This document shows, one piece after another, positions 26,171 through 38,600 of a stretch of DNA of 64,000 nt. The notes beneath the pieces are model-generated. The model was not told the DNA's origin. It saw nothing but the letters and a program-made list of their open reading frames with translations, and did not search any database. The DNA lies in contig NC_086097.1 in the NCBI RefSeq assembly GCF_963921235.1, positions 25,298,001 to 25,362,000 on the forward strand. Direction: 5' to 3'. Positions within the stretch are counted from its first letter, which is position 1. Each line of letters begins with the position of its first letter. The stretch is from Mobula hypostoma. Its lineage: Eukaryota. The position numbers were made by a program, and so were the translations under genes.

Positions 26171-26858
26171 GAAAAATATTAGATTATTGGATTATGAGGA
26201 CACTCAGTCCTCATTTATTGTCATTTAGAAATGCACGCATTAAAAAATTATACAATGTTCCTCCAGAATGATATCACAAGAAAACACAGGACAAACCAAG
26301 ACTAAAACTGACAAAACCACATAATTATAACATACAACAGTGCCGAGCAGTACCATAATTTGATAAAGAGCAGACCATGGGCACAGTAAAAAAAAGTCTC
26401 AAAGACCCGATAGACTCATCATCTCACGCAGGCGGCAGAAGGGAGAAACTCTCCCTGCCATGAACCTCTAAGCGCCACCAACTTGCCAATGCATCACCAT
26501 TGGAAGCACCCGACCGCAGCAGACTCTGAGTCTGTCCGAAAACTTCGAGCCTCCAACCAGCCCCTCCCACACAGCCTCTCCGTGCACCATCCTCTGCCGA
26601 GCACTTCGACCCCGCCCCGGCCGCTGAGCAACAAGCAAAGCCGAGGACTCGGGGCCTTCTCCTCCGGAGATTCTGGACCACACAGTGGCAGCAGCAGCGA
26701 AGCAAGCATTTCAGAAGTTTCACCTGATGTTCCTCCATGCTCTCACGTCCGTCTCCATCAAATCAGGATTGTGCACGGCACCCTACTTGACAAATAACAG
26801 ACATCACCACCGGAGTGACCGCTACGAGCTACGTCACGCCACCATCTTCTCCTCCCAT
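26171..26858 (-). mobile_element. Unclassified CpG-rich non-autonomous retroposon
   Basis: 5' GAGAAGATGGTGGCG; 3' TGACAATAAA...(ATAATC)n tail; flanked by CAGGTG (26165-70, 26859-64). Confidence 0.65.
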
Positions 26859-27109
26859 CAGGTGCGAAGGCCATGACAAGGTAGATTGAGAGATCAAGAA
26901 TGAACATACAAGAGGTCCCTTCAAGAATCTGATAACAAAAGCTGCATTTGACCCTGGTGGCACATGTTTTCAAGCATTTCTATCTTCTTCCCAATCGGAG
27001 CAGAGAGAAAAGAGAATGACAGTGGAGAAAATGGTGTTTGAAAGGGGCTTACTTCAGGCCATGGGAAGTGCATGCAGGCACTGTTGTCAGATATAGTTTT
27101 CTTACACAG

Positions 27110-27450
27110 ACCTTTTAAACCATTCCGAAATTAATCTAATGCTTCCCTCCCACATAGCCCTCCTTCATCTATGTGCCTACCTAGGAGTCTCTTAAATGCC
27201 CCGTGTACCTGCCTTTAACACCACTCCTGCCAGCATGTTCAAAGCACCCATCAGTCTGTGAAAAGAACTTCTGACACACCTCCTATACTTTCTTCCAATC
27301 ACCTTAAAAATAAGCCCCCTTGTATTACCCATTTTCATCCTGAGAAAAAGTGAATGGCTATCCATTCTATCTATGTCAATTATCACCTTGTATAACTCTA
27401 TACCAAGTCACCTCTCATCCTTCTTCACTACAAAGAGAAAACCCCAATTG
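27110..27450 (-). mobile_element. CR1 3' end
   Basis: IDRMDSHSLF...NTRG..FKVIG..YR motif. Confidence 0.75.
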
Positions 27451-27572
27451 CACTATCTATCTATCTACCCGCCTATCTATATATCACTTATTTTGTTTCT
27501 TATTGTAACTTATAGCAATCGTTAATATCCTATACTGTACTGCTGCCATAAGACAACAAATTTCACAACATA

Positions 27573-27982
27573 TTGTACTGTGAAAAGGTCTTAGGCACCT
27601 TAGATATTTTATATGGTTTCAGATGGTATGGCCTCCCAAGAGCCCTCATCTCAACATCATTGAGGCTGTCTGGGATTACCTGGACAGACAGAAGCAAGTG
27701 AGACAGCCAAAGTCTGCAGAAGAACTGCATCAAGTTCTCCAAAATGCTTGGAAAAACCTACCAGCCATTTTTCTTATAAAACTACATGACAGTGTACCTA
27801 AAAGAATTGATGCAGTTTTAAAGGCAAAATGAGGTCACACCGAATATTGATTTTTTTTACTGTAACTGCTCTTTATAGTAATATTTTTGATATTTAGAAA
27901 CTTTTCATTTCATTATTTTTTAAAAGCATCTTCACTTCACTATGGATTTTTACATGTGCCTAAGACAGTTTGCACAGTACTG
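27573..27982 (+). mobile_element. Internally deleted Tc1 element
   Basis: TIRs GTACTGTG.AA..GTCTTAGGCAC; WPPKSPHLNIIEAVWDYL...PKRIDAVLKAK. Confidence 0.88.
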
Positions 27983-28525
27983 TGTCTGTGACAATAACCC
28001 TGATTCTTATTCTTGTGGTTAAAGAACCGACTATTGAGACTTGCACTCACTCCATGCTGTTGAACAGTGCATTCAGGTAACATGTCCTGAGTATTCAAAC
28101 TCAGTCATGGGTCAGTGTATAAATCATGTATTGAGTGCAGATTCATTTATAACCATACTACTGATTTGGCAGGCCCAGCTAAGCTTGTAACAAGTAAGCT
28201 ACTAATATTGATGTTGTGGGTGGGGCAATCAGTGAAGCAGGTTTACTGATGTTAAGGTTTGCCAGAGGAGACAGGTTGGTCCCAAGGTCAAGGCAACATC
28301 TGGTGCAAATGTTACCCATCATTTGTCTGGCTAAGCCTGAGCTGTGTCCAGGCTTTCTTCATGACTATTTCTCGAGTTTAAGATGTGTAATTGAAACTAA
28401 GTGCTTTCATTAGGCCAGGTGGGATTTTTGCTAACAATTTGAAATGGAAATTTCAAGGATCTGTACTCCAGGCCAAATTCTAGAGGGAATGTCATTGAAG
28501 AAGCCTCAAACAGGTCAAGAACTCT

Positions 28526-28620
28526 TCCTGATGAAGGGTCTTGGTCTGAAGTGGTGACACTTTATTACTTTCTGTTGATGCTGCCTATCTGCTGAGTTCC
28601 TCCAGCATTTTATGTGTGTT
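28526..28620 (+). mobile_element. Penelope pLTR fragment, degenerate hammerhead
   Basis: CCTGATGAAGGGTCTTGGTCTGAAG...GCTGAGTTCCTCCAGCATTTT. Confidence 0.7.
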
Positions 28621-28774
28621 ACTCTTCCCCAGGATGGACTTTCCCATGGACTTGAAATTAAATAGCTGGTTTTGATAAACACTTTCTTTTGCAGGCACAC
28701 TGATGGATTTGTGGTGACTCCCTCGACCTCTGTTTTGCCATATCTCTTTGGCACTTCAATCATTCAAATCTTAC

Positions 28775-28899
28775 TTGATGACAATGAGAACTTCACTGAC
28801 TTGGCTTGGAGGTATCGCAACATAATGCAAAATTCTACACAGCATAGATAACATTTGAATGTTTCTCATTAAGATAGGTTCCTGTATTCTAAAGATAAT
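28775..28899 (-). other. Candidate exon (125 nt; alternative 60-nt form ending at 28834)
   Basis: Acceptor ctgcttttttgttggcAG and donor CAA|gtaaga; open frame IIFRIQEPILMRNIQMLSMLCRILHYVAIPPSQVSEVLIVI. Confidence 0.3.
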
Positions 28900-29124
28900 C
28901 TGCCAACAAAAAAGCAGCAAGATGTGCTCATCTCTCTTTGAAGAAAGCATGCATCTTCAACAGCTGTCCTCTTCTCTTTAGAGCTACTGAATGTCAAAAG
29001 TTGTAAAAAGTCCTCTATGAAGTTAGGTAGGGACATGAAATGAAATTTTAGAGTGCTTTGGAAAAAATAATCCATTTACACTAGTTTTATAGTTCAGTTT
29101 TAAAAATATACAATATTCTGAATC

Positions 29125-29420
29125 CAACAACTAACACAATGGGGCATAACTTTAAGATGTTGGGAGGAGTGTATAGGGGATAGGTCAGAGCCAGTTTTTT
29201 TAAAATGGAGAGTGATGGGCGTGTGGAACACACTGTCGGGGGTGGTGGTAGAGGCAGATACATCAGGTACATATAAGAGACTCTTAGACAGGCACATGGA
29301 TGAAAGAAAAATGGAGGACTATGTGGGAGAGAAGGTTAGATTGATTTGGGAATAGATTAAAGTCTTGGCACACATCGTGGTCTGAAGGGTCTGCACTGTG
29401 CTGAACCGTTCTATGTTTAA
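29125..29420 (+). mobile_element. CR1 3' end
   Basis: GHNFKM..WNTL motif and 3' UTR. Confidence 0.7.
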
Positions 29421-30140
29421 CGAATTAAATGTTGAAAACCATTCTGTAATATTAGCTGCAGAATTTATAAAGCAAGCCACAGAATCCGTTTTAATCATAT
29501 TCCTTTAATCTGATTTGCCAATAATAACATGCCACAGATGTATTGGAAAATTAATTCTGCATTGCCTTATGCAGGTACCCTAGAACAGATCAGTGTTAAT
29601 TAACTAATACCGATATGCCGGATTCCAACCTTCATTTAAATCCAATGATGCAGGGTAACCTTATAATAATTAACTATTTAAGGCAATTGAAAGATTATTT
29701 GTTTAATAGCTGGATCCTTAACTTATTTTCCTAATATATCGTCCTAATGATTTTCATTCATACTCTTATTCAATATTACATGAAATAATGGACAACAGAA
29801 CTGCAAATAACCATGAATTAAATGACGGGAATGGTGCTAATAGGTCTGTAGATTTAATTATTTGCATAAATGATCACAGTATGAGTTTTCAAATTGAATA
29901 TGAAGTGATAAGGTCAGAGAATATATCAAAAAATGAGTAGCCAAAGATAGAAAATAAAGGTGCTGAGAACACAGGGAACTGGGAAAGAGTGAGCTGGGGG
30001 ATGGAGGAGAGGGAAAGCCACAGGCAGGGTAGGCATACATGAAGCAGAGTGGGATGGCATGGGAAGTAAAGGGCAGAGCACAGGTGTAAGTGAGAGTCTA
30101 TGGGCAAAGACAGGGATGGGAGAGAAGGGTGGAAGGGATA

Positions 30141-30475
30141 GGCCGCACAGTAGCATAGCAGTTAGCACAGTTGTTTGACAGTGCCAGCGATCACAGACTG
30201 ATGTTTGATTTCCATCACTGACTGTCGGGAATTTGAACATTTTCCCCATAAGCATGTTGGTTTCCTCTGGGTGGTCCAGTTTTCTCCCACGTTCCAAAAA
30301 CATGCAGGTTGGTGTTATTAAGTTGGAGGTGTACAATGTTGGCACCAGAAGCGTGGCAGCGTTTACGGGTTGCTCCTCGCACAATCCTTGCTGATTTGAT
30401 TTGATACAAATGATGCATTTTGCTGCATGTTTCGATATACAATGTACGTGACAAATAAAGTTAATCTTTAATTTT
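30141..30475 (+). mobile_element. tRNA-derived V-SINE
   Basis: GCACAGTAGCATAGCAGTTAGC head, V core and GTGACAAATAAAG tail. Confidence 0.8.
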
Positions 30476-31164
30476 AAACTGCTAAAGGGGAAGAGAAGGT
30501 TTAACAACAGGGGTGAATGGGGTCGGCTTGGGGGGGGTGTAGGTGAGAATAAGGACCAAACTGGAGGAGAGCACAAAGATATATAAGATGGATCCATAAA
30601 ATCATAAAGCAATACAGTAGGGAAACAGGCCCTTCAGCCCATCTCATCCATGCTAACCAAGATGTCAAATAAACTAATCCCATTTGCCTTCATGTAATCT
30701 ACATCTCTCTACTCCTATCCTGTTCATGTATTCCAAGTATCATTTAAATGTTATTATTGTGTCTACCTCAAACAATTTTTCTGGCACCTTACTGCATATA
30801 CAGACCACCCCCTGAGTAAAGAAGGTGCCCCTAGGTCCCTTTTGAATCTTTCCCCCTCATCTTAAAATCACGCGGCCACAGACAAAATGTATAAACTCCT
30901 CATAGACAGTGTTTGATTCCCATACCCCAGTAAAGACTGTGTGCACACACCCTACATAAGCCCCTTATAGGTGGGGCTTGGGAGGGGGGTGGAGAAGAAC
31001 AGGATAGAAGGATAAGCAAGATGGGGATTGATGATGGGGCCAGGGATTGAAGAGGACTGGCAGTGCATCATACATCTCGGAAGTGGAAACTTTGCTGATA
31101 ACATTTTGGACCAGATGAGCCGCTGTAGGAAAAAATACATACAAAACAATAAAAAGTTACATGA

Positions 31165-31560
31165 ACTCATTGAAACTGATCAAATATTGAAAGAGTAGAT
31201 GTGAAGAGGATATTTCCTATAGTGGGGAGTCTAGGACCGGAGGATACAGCCTCAGAATAGAAGGATGTCCCTTTAGAACAGAAATGAGGAGGAATTTCTT
31301 TAGCTACAGGGCAGTGAATCTGGGGAATTCATCGCCACAGATAACTGTGGAGGTCATGTCATTTAGACTAGGTCTTCATTTCTCGGAATCTAGGAGTATG
31401 AGGGTAATCCTAAAGCGGAGATATATTTAAAGCAGAAGCTGATAGGTTCTTGATTGGTAAGGATATCAAAGGTTATGGGGAGAAGGCGAAAGAATGGGAT
31501 TGAAAGGGATAATAAATCAATCGTGATGGAACTTAGTGGGCTGAATGTTCTAATTCTGTT
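31165..31560 (+). mobile_element. CR1 3' end
   Basis: PFRTEMRRNFFS.RAVNLG motif. Confidence 0.75.
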
Positions 31561-31914
31561 CAAATTTATAATGCTATTGAACTCAATATTTGCTGACATT
31601 TTATATTGACTCATTTTCTGGCAGAACAAAATTAAGTTCAGACTATGCACAGAAATGTGCAATTGTTAGCATTTTGCTCAGTCTGTGAAAGAAGTGCAAT
31701 AGGTGTAGATGGCTGGCAGAGAGCGTTATCCCATAAATGCCACTTCCACAGGAATCTCATGTTAAAAAATGCTCGCTTGGTAACGCCTGCTTACTGTCCC
31801 TTGGAGGTTACACATATGCTGTCGACTTCATTTCACTCAACCTATAAATGCGCCTGCCGTAGATGACTGAAACCTGACAGCTGGTCATTAATGAAATGCC
31901 AGGATGTAATTTAC

Positions 31915-32000
31915 CTCGCTCTCATGGCCCTAAAGCCATTGTTTTCCCTATTTTCCTTCCTGTCTGTCCAAGAGTGGTATCTTCCCATTGAATACAAAAA
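31915..32000 (-). other. Candidate exon (86 nt)
   Basis: ctcatctggcAG ... GAG|gtaaat; only one open frame, FLYSMGRYHSWTDRKENRENNGFRAMRA. Confidence 0.2.
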
Positions 32001-32051
32001 CTGCCAGATGAGGAGGTGTGCACTGATGATCTCACTCTTGCCAGTATATGG

Positions 32052-32360
32052 ATGGCACAGCAGCATTGCGATTAGTATATTACTATTACAGTGCCAGCTG
32101 TAAGACTGGAGTTCCATTCCTGCTGTTGTCTGTAAGGAGCTTGTACGTTCTCCCTGTGACGGTCTGAGTTTCCTCCCACATTCTGAAGATGTACGATTTA
32201 GGGTCAGTAAGCAGCATGCTGTGTTGGCACTGGAAGCATAACGACACTTGCTGGTTGCCCCCAGCACATCTCTGACTGTGCTTTGGTTGTTGGAGCAAGA
32301 CAGCACATTTCACCGTATGCTTAAAATTTTTGATGTACATGTGACAAATAAAGCTAACGC
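32052..32360 (+). mobile_element. tRNA-derived V-SINE
   Basis: Same head, core and tail as 30141. Confidence 0.8.
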
Positions 32361-32510
32361 TCCTTTATAAAGCTAATCTTTCCATTGGGTAGTGGAAACA
32401 AATTTAGGTTTCACAAGCTGTATGATGTGCCCCTTAATTTAAAAAAACATATTAAATGTTGGAATTCTGCGAGGTAAATGTTGAAATCTAAACACACAAC
32501 ATGTATCAGT

Positions 32511-32544
32511 GTCCTGACGAAGGGTCTCGGCCTGAAACGTCGAC
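32511..32544 (+). ncRNA. Minimal type I hammerhead ribozyme, intact core
   Basis: GTC-CTGACGA-AGG-GTCTCGG-CCT-GAAA-CGTC^GAC; stem I GUC/GAC, stem II AGG/CCU, palindromic ACGU stem III; predicted cleavage after C32541. Confidence 0.8.
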
Positions 32545-32606
32545 TGCGCCTCTTCCTATAGATGCTGCCTGGCCTGCTGCGTTCGCCAGCAACTTTGATG
32601 TATGTT
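32511..32606 (+). mobile_element. 96-bp Penelope-derived insertion with 12-bp TSD
   Basis: ACATGTATCAGT at 32499-32510 and 32607-32618. Confidence 0.9.
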
Positions 32607-33444
32607 ACATGTATCAGTTGATGCGCTGAATTTGTGAGATGACCAAAGGTGGAAAACTGAGATGGTTGAGTACACGGGGAAATGGGGAAAGGGTGGGTTC
32701 GGAATTGAAGAGAGGCAGAGCCATAGGCAGGGTGGGCATATAACAAGTAGGTTGGGCAGATATGGGAAGGATAGAGCAATTGAGACAAAGAGCTATCCAA
32801 CTGAGACCTCAGTGGTGGAGCTGGTGGAAGACGATGACACAGCACAGCAGCAGTAAAACCGGAGGAAGGCTGCAGCAGTAGCAGGTCCCCAGTCATCTTG
32901 CATTCTATGCCACTGGACCCTGACCCCAATCTGTCAAGGTCCATGTGGTGGCTGCCCGTGCATCATTCTCCTCACATTAAACAAAGAAATGTTCCATTAA
33001 GGAACTCGACCCTAACATCCCAAACTCCTTAGGAGAACATTCTACTCGGCTTAAGTGATCACACTACTAATCACTTGTATAATAGCTAAACTTTGTCTTA
33101 GAAAATAGATGATCCCACTTGCCAACAAAAAATGATTCGATGGCCAGAATGACGGCATCCAAATAAGATAAATAAAAGCAAATAAAGCTAACGCAGCAAC
33201 TTTCGCGTCCCAAATCAATTCATATTACCATTCACTTTCCAAACACAGCCATCCAATTTTTTTCCACTTCTCAGTTCTACAAATGGCAACAAGATAATTA
33301 TGCAGCTAATGAGCTCCGGTCATGTCAGTTGAGGGATAAATCTTGGTTAAACTGCAACAGTCAGTACATTTTCAAAATGATTCATCAGCATCAAAACACT
33401 TTGGGATGCCTGGAGTTGAGTAATATGCTAACCAAGTAGATGCT

Positions 33445-34090
33445 AGAACATCAAACATTACAGCAAAGTACATGTCCTTCAGCCCACGATGTTGTGCCAA
33501 CTCTTAAACCTACTCCAAGGTATATCTAACCCTTCCCTCTCACCCAGCCTTCCACTTTTCATTCATCCATGTGTCTATCTAAAAGCCTCTTAAATGTCCC
33601 TAATGTATTTGCCTCTATCACTACCCCTGGCAGACATACCACACACCTACCAATCTGTGTGTAAAACACCTACCTTTGACATTCCCCCCTATACTTTCCA
33701 CCAATCACCTTAAAATTATGCTCCCTCATATTAGCCATTTCCGCTTTGGGATAAAGTCTCTGCTGCTCAGTCTATCTATGTCTCTTATCATCTTGTACAC
33801 CTCTATCAAGTCAACTCTCATTCTACTTCACTTCATAAAGAAAAGCCCTAGCTTGCTGAAGCTACCTTCATAAGAAATGCTCTCCAAACTCTTCAGGCAG
33901 CATCTTAGTAAATCTCCTCTGCTCCCTCTCTGGAGCTTCCACATCCTTCCTGTAATGAGACGACCAGAAATGAACACAATAATCCAAGTGTGGTCTAATC
34001 AGGGTTTTATAGAGCTGCAACGTTAACTCACAGCTCTTGAACTCAACCACAGCCCCCCACCCCCCGGACTAATAAAAGCCAACATGACAA
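33445..34090 (-). mobile_element. CR1 3' fragment
   Basis: LQLYKTLIRPHLDYCVHFWS.HYRKD. Confidence 0.85.
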
Positions 34091-34521
34091 ACACCTACAT
34101 ATGTTCTTTACTGTGAGGAATGTTTGTCAGGCACTCATTCCATGAGCCACAGAGGATCTTTCACAGCCTAGAGACAGGCCTCCGTTCATTACCTCAGCCA
34201 AAAGATAGCAGTGACCTTCCAAAGAATAAAAGTGGCGGCCTCTTCCATGAAAGGGCCCTTAAACGAAGTATTCAAAGTCAAAGTACAATTTATTCAAAGT
34301 TCAAAAAGTTCAAAGTAAATTTATTATCGAATTACTTTACTATGAGGGATGTTTTTCAGGCTCTCAGTTCATGAACCACTGAGGGTCTTTCACCATATAC
34401 TACCTTGAGATTCATTTTCTTGCAGACATTCATAATAGAACAAAGAAGTACAGCAAGGTTATGAAAAGCTACACATAAAGACTGACAAGCAACCAACATT
34501 AATATTATCAGAGTACATATA

Positions 34522-35042
34522 CATTCAGTGGCTTCTTTATTGGGTATACCTGTACACCTGCTTGTTAATGCAAATATCTAATGAATCAATCATGTGACAA
34601 CAACTCAATGCATAAAAGCATGCAAACATGGTCAAGTGGTTCAGTTGTTGTTCAGACCAAGCATCAGAATAGGAAAGAAATGTGATCTAATTGACTTTGA
34701 CCACAGAATGATTATTGGTGCCAGACGAGGTGATTTGAGTACCTCAAAAACTGCTGACCTCCTGAGATTTTCGTGCATGACAGTCTCAAGAGTTTGCAGA
34801 AAATAGCGTAAAGAACAAAAAAAAAGTAAAAAGTGAAAATGCCTTGTTAATGAGAGAGAAGTCAGAGGAGAATGGTCATACTGGTTCAAGCTTACAGGAA
34901 GGCAACAGTAACTCAAATAACCATGTATTACATACATCAGTAGTGTGCAGAAGAGCATCTCTAAACACACATCAAATCATGAAGCGGATAGGCTACAGCA
35001 GCAGAGTTACACCCCTCTACCTAATAAAATGGCCACTTCAGG
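34522..35042 (+). mobile_element. Non-autonomous Tc1 derivative
   Basis: TA flanks; TIR CA.TCAGTGGC..TTTATT.GGTA; N-terminal HTH GKKCDLIDFDHRMIIGARRGDLSTSKTADLLRFS. Confidence 0.85.
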
Positions 35043-37249
35043 TACCTCACCATATACTACCTTAAGATTCATTTTCTTGCAGGTATTTACAGGAAATTAA
35101 GAAATACAACAGAATTTATGAAACACTGTACATAAACAAAAACTAACAAATAACCTATGTGTAAAAGAAGACAAATTGTGCAAAAAGAACTTACTGAAAA
35201 CATGAGTTGTAAAGGGTGCTTCAAAATGAGTCGGCTGCAGGATCAGTTTAGAGTTGTGGTGAGTGTAATTATCCACACTGGTTCAAGAGCCCAATGGTTG
35301 TAAGGTGGTTGTAGAATTCAGCCCTTTACAATATTTACATTATTTTAAGACCATAAGACATAGGAGCAGAATCAAGTTTGCTCTGTCATTCCATCGTGGC
35401 TGATTTATCATCCCTCTCAACCCCATTCTCCTGCCTTCTCCCCATAACCTTTGGCACCGTGACTAATCAAGAACCTATCAGTCTCTGCTTTATGTATAGC
35501 TAATGACTTGGCCTCCACAGCCATCTGTGGGTATGGCAGTTGTTAAAATGCTATAAAAATATTCTGATTTTTAAAGGAACAAATTGGATAGAAGCACTCA
35601 CACAGACACATTGATATTTATACAGAACAATCTCTTGGTCCAATTTCTGCAGCAGAATTAGCTGCCGACTGGTGCAAACCAAGGTGACAGAATCATTATG
35701 TGATGAGCAGCAGGTATTCAGAAAACTTTACAGAAGGCAAAAGAAATCAAATGAGCTCCCGGATGGCTCACTAAGTGCACACGCTGAGTGATGGCTGGCT
35801 CAGTAGGTGCAGCACTAAATCTTTGGTTTGTCTTGGGTTTGGAGTTTCTACCGAGCTAATCCCTTCAATGACTGAGAGCGAGCTCAGAAAGTGGAGAGCA
35901 AATGTAAATAGACAGTGGTCTACTTTTTAAAATTACGACCCAGTAACTGCACTAATGCATGCTTATGTCAATGTTGCGAGGTTAAGTGAATTAATCAGTG
36001 AATAAAACTTCCAACAGTCAATTGTCCACACAGCCAAACACATCAGAACTGGAAATGCACAACAAGGCAGTCACTGCTTTAGATCATTGTGCTTTGGCCA
36101 CACTTCGTTATTCAGGGCTAGATTTGGTTGACGTTCACTGGCCCCTAAAGTAATTCTCTCATTTTGTGATCTTATGTCAAGCTTCCAGCATTTCAAATAC
36201 AACACCTAACACTTGCCTGGATTAAATTTCATCTTGACAAACCTCTTCCAGACATTCTATTACCATTCAATCTGTATTTTCTCCAACCGTGGCCTTTTGT
36301 ATACCTCTTCTTCTCAGCTATCACTTTGCTGTGTCTTCAGTTGCATACACAAGTTCCTTCCAGGCCTCTCTTTTTAAGACCTACCTTAAAGCGCACCTTT
36401 CCTCCCCTATTTAACTCTACAATGTACTAACAATATTAAAATTCTAGATTGAAGATCGCTTATCGTCATTCTTCAGTGTACAAGTGTAAAGGAGAATGAA
36501 ATGATTGTACCATGGATCTGATACAACATTAAAAAAAACTCAATAAGAACACAGTAAAAGTTGTGGTCATTCTTATTTATATTACAAAACTGCATGGACT
36601 AGTAGAGATTGTAGAGGTTACCCCTGCACAAGTCATCACCTTCAAAAGGCAACTGAAAGAATACTGGGAGCAAATGGCAAAATGAAACGGAAATTAAATC
36701 CGCCATAAGAAGTCTCACTGCGAAAATATCCTGAAGTAAATAAAAGCACGCTATTATTATGATTAGAAGGTTAAGGCAATATCAAAATTAAATCTAAGCC
36801 TCGTCGTCACAAAACCATGCCACAGTCTTACAGAAATCTGCAGAATAATTGGGGCTTTTTACAGCTAAGTTCCTATTGTTGAATAAAAAAACCCTCAGCA
36901 AATCAATTGTGTAATCCACAGGGTAACTACTGAATTTCAAACTCAGCAATTTCAATCCCCTACAGAATGATTCATTCCATGTTCCCAAAAACCTCCCAGT
37001 ATTCTTGCAGCAATGTCATTCAGCCATAGCATGCTTTTGTTCAAGTTACCTCATTTTCTCAGCTTAACACATCTGAAGCATGATACAAAAGGATGTAGGA
37101 ACACAAGCAACTTCCGCCTGATATAGTTGACTTCACCAATGCCCTTCCTACTGTTATAAGGCCAGAAGCAGTAACATTCACTGATAATTGCAGAGTATTT
37201 GATTCCACTTGTAACTCCTCAGACAATGAAGCAATCCATAACCCAGAAG

Positions 37250-37580
37250 AAGTTGATAGGTTGAGTGAGCCTGGCCTTTTCTCTTTGAAGAGAGGGAGGG
37301 TGAGAGGTGGCCTGATAGAAGTGTACATAATGATAAGATTTATAGATGTGGCGGATAACTAGAGACTCCTTCCCGGGCCGAAAATGATTAATACAAGGGG
37401 ATGATGTCGGAGGTAAGCTTTTTACACAGAGTGTGGAAGGTGCATGGAACACACTGCCAGGGCAGTGGTAGAAACAGACACATTAGGAACATTTCAGAGA
37501 TTCTTAGCTAGGCATGTGGATGAAAGAAAAATGGAGGGCTATGTGGAAGGGAAGAGTTAGATCAGTCTTGGAGTAGACTA
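37250..37580 (+). mobile_element. CR1 3' end, host of a Penelope insertion
   Basis: FSLKRGRVRGGLIEVY and FFTQ motifs. Confidence 0.75.
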
Positions 37581-38600
37581 CGCAAACACAAAATACTCTG
37601 CAGATGCTGGGGTCAACGATGGAGGGACTCAGCAGGTCGGGCAGCATCAGTGGAAAAGATCGGTCGACGTTTCAGACCAGATCCCTTCGTCAGGACTGCA
37701 GAGGGAAGGGGCAGAGGCCCTATAAAGAAGGTCGGGGGAAGGTGGGAAGGAGAAGGCTGGTAGGTGCCAGGTAAAAAACCAGTAAGGGGAGAGATAAAGA
37801 AGTGGGGAAGGGGAAGCAGGGAGGTGATAGGCAGGAAAGGTAAAGAAGGAATAGGGGAAAACACAATGGGTAGTAGAAGGAGGCAGAAGCATGAGGGAGG
37901 TGATAGGCTAGGGGAGGGGGCAGAGTGACATAGGGATAGAGGAAGGGAGGGGGAGGGAATTACCAGAAGTTGGAGAATTCTATGTTCATACCAAGGGGCT
38001 GGAAACTACCTGGACGGTATATGAGGTGTTGCTCCTCCAACCTGAGTTTAGCCTCATCATGGCAGTAAAGGAGGCCATGTATGGGCATATCTGAATGGAA
38101 GTGGGAAGCAGAGTTGAAGTAGGTGGCTACTGGGAGATCCTGCCTGTTGTGGCGGACGGAGCGGAGGTGCTCAACGAAGCTGTCCCCCAATCTGCGTCGG
38201 GTTTCACCGATGTAGAGGAGGCTGCACCTGGAGCACCAGATGCAATAGATGACCCCAACAGACTCACAAGTGAAGTGCTGTTTGGGGCCCTGAATGGTGG
38301 CAAGAGAGGAAGTGTAGGGACAGGTGTAGCACTTGCGCTTACAGGGTTAAGTGCTGGGTGGGAGATCAGTGGGGAGGGACCGATCCCTGCGGAAAGCAGA
38401 GAGGGCTAGAGAGGGAAAGATGTGCTGTTGAAGGTGGCAGAAGTTGCAGAGGATAATGTGCTGGATCCGGAGGCTGGTGGGTTGGTAGGTGAGGACAAGG
38501 GGAACTCGGTCCCTGTTGGCAGGGCTCCCGAAACGTCGACCGATCTTTTCAATGGATGCTGCCTGACCTGCTGAGTTCCTCCAGCGTGTTGTGAGTGTTG
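37581..38600 (-). mobile_element. Penelope-like element (Neptune-like), 5'-truncated, with inverted partial pLTR
   Basis: HFTCESVGVIYCIWCSRCSLLYIGETRRRLGDSFVEH...LQPLGMNIEF-like GIY-YIG; pLTR at 37581-37700 and an inverted copy at 38527-38600; diverged TSD CTTGGA(G/C)T(A/G)GACTA. Confidence 0.92.
37661..37698 (-). ncRNA. Minimal hammerhead ribozyme, intact core
   Basis: CAGTC-CTGACGA-AGGGATCTGGTCT-GAAA-CGTC^GACCG. Confidence 0.75.

Noticed and set aside
29926..30612. 228-aa ORF
   Set aside because: It is an antisense reading of a V-SINE plus low-complexity pyrimidine-rich sequence.
32411..32944. 177-aa ORF
   Set aside because: It spans the 96-bp pLTR insert and unrelated segments, with no domain signature.
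36790..37240. Short ORFs in a unique island as coding exons
   Set aside because: All frames hit stops before a usable donor, and no peptide is recognisable.
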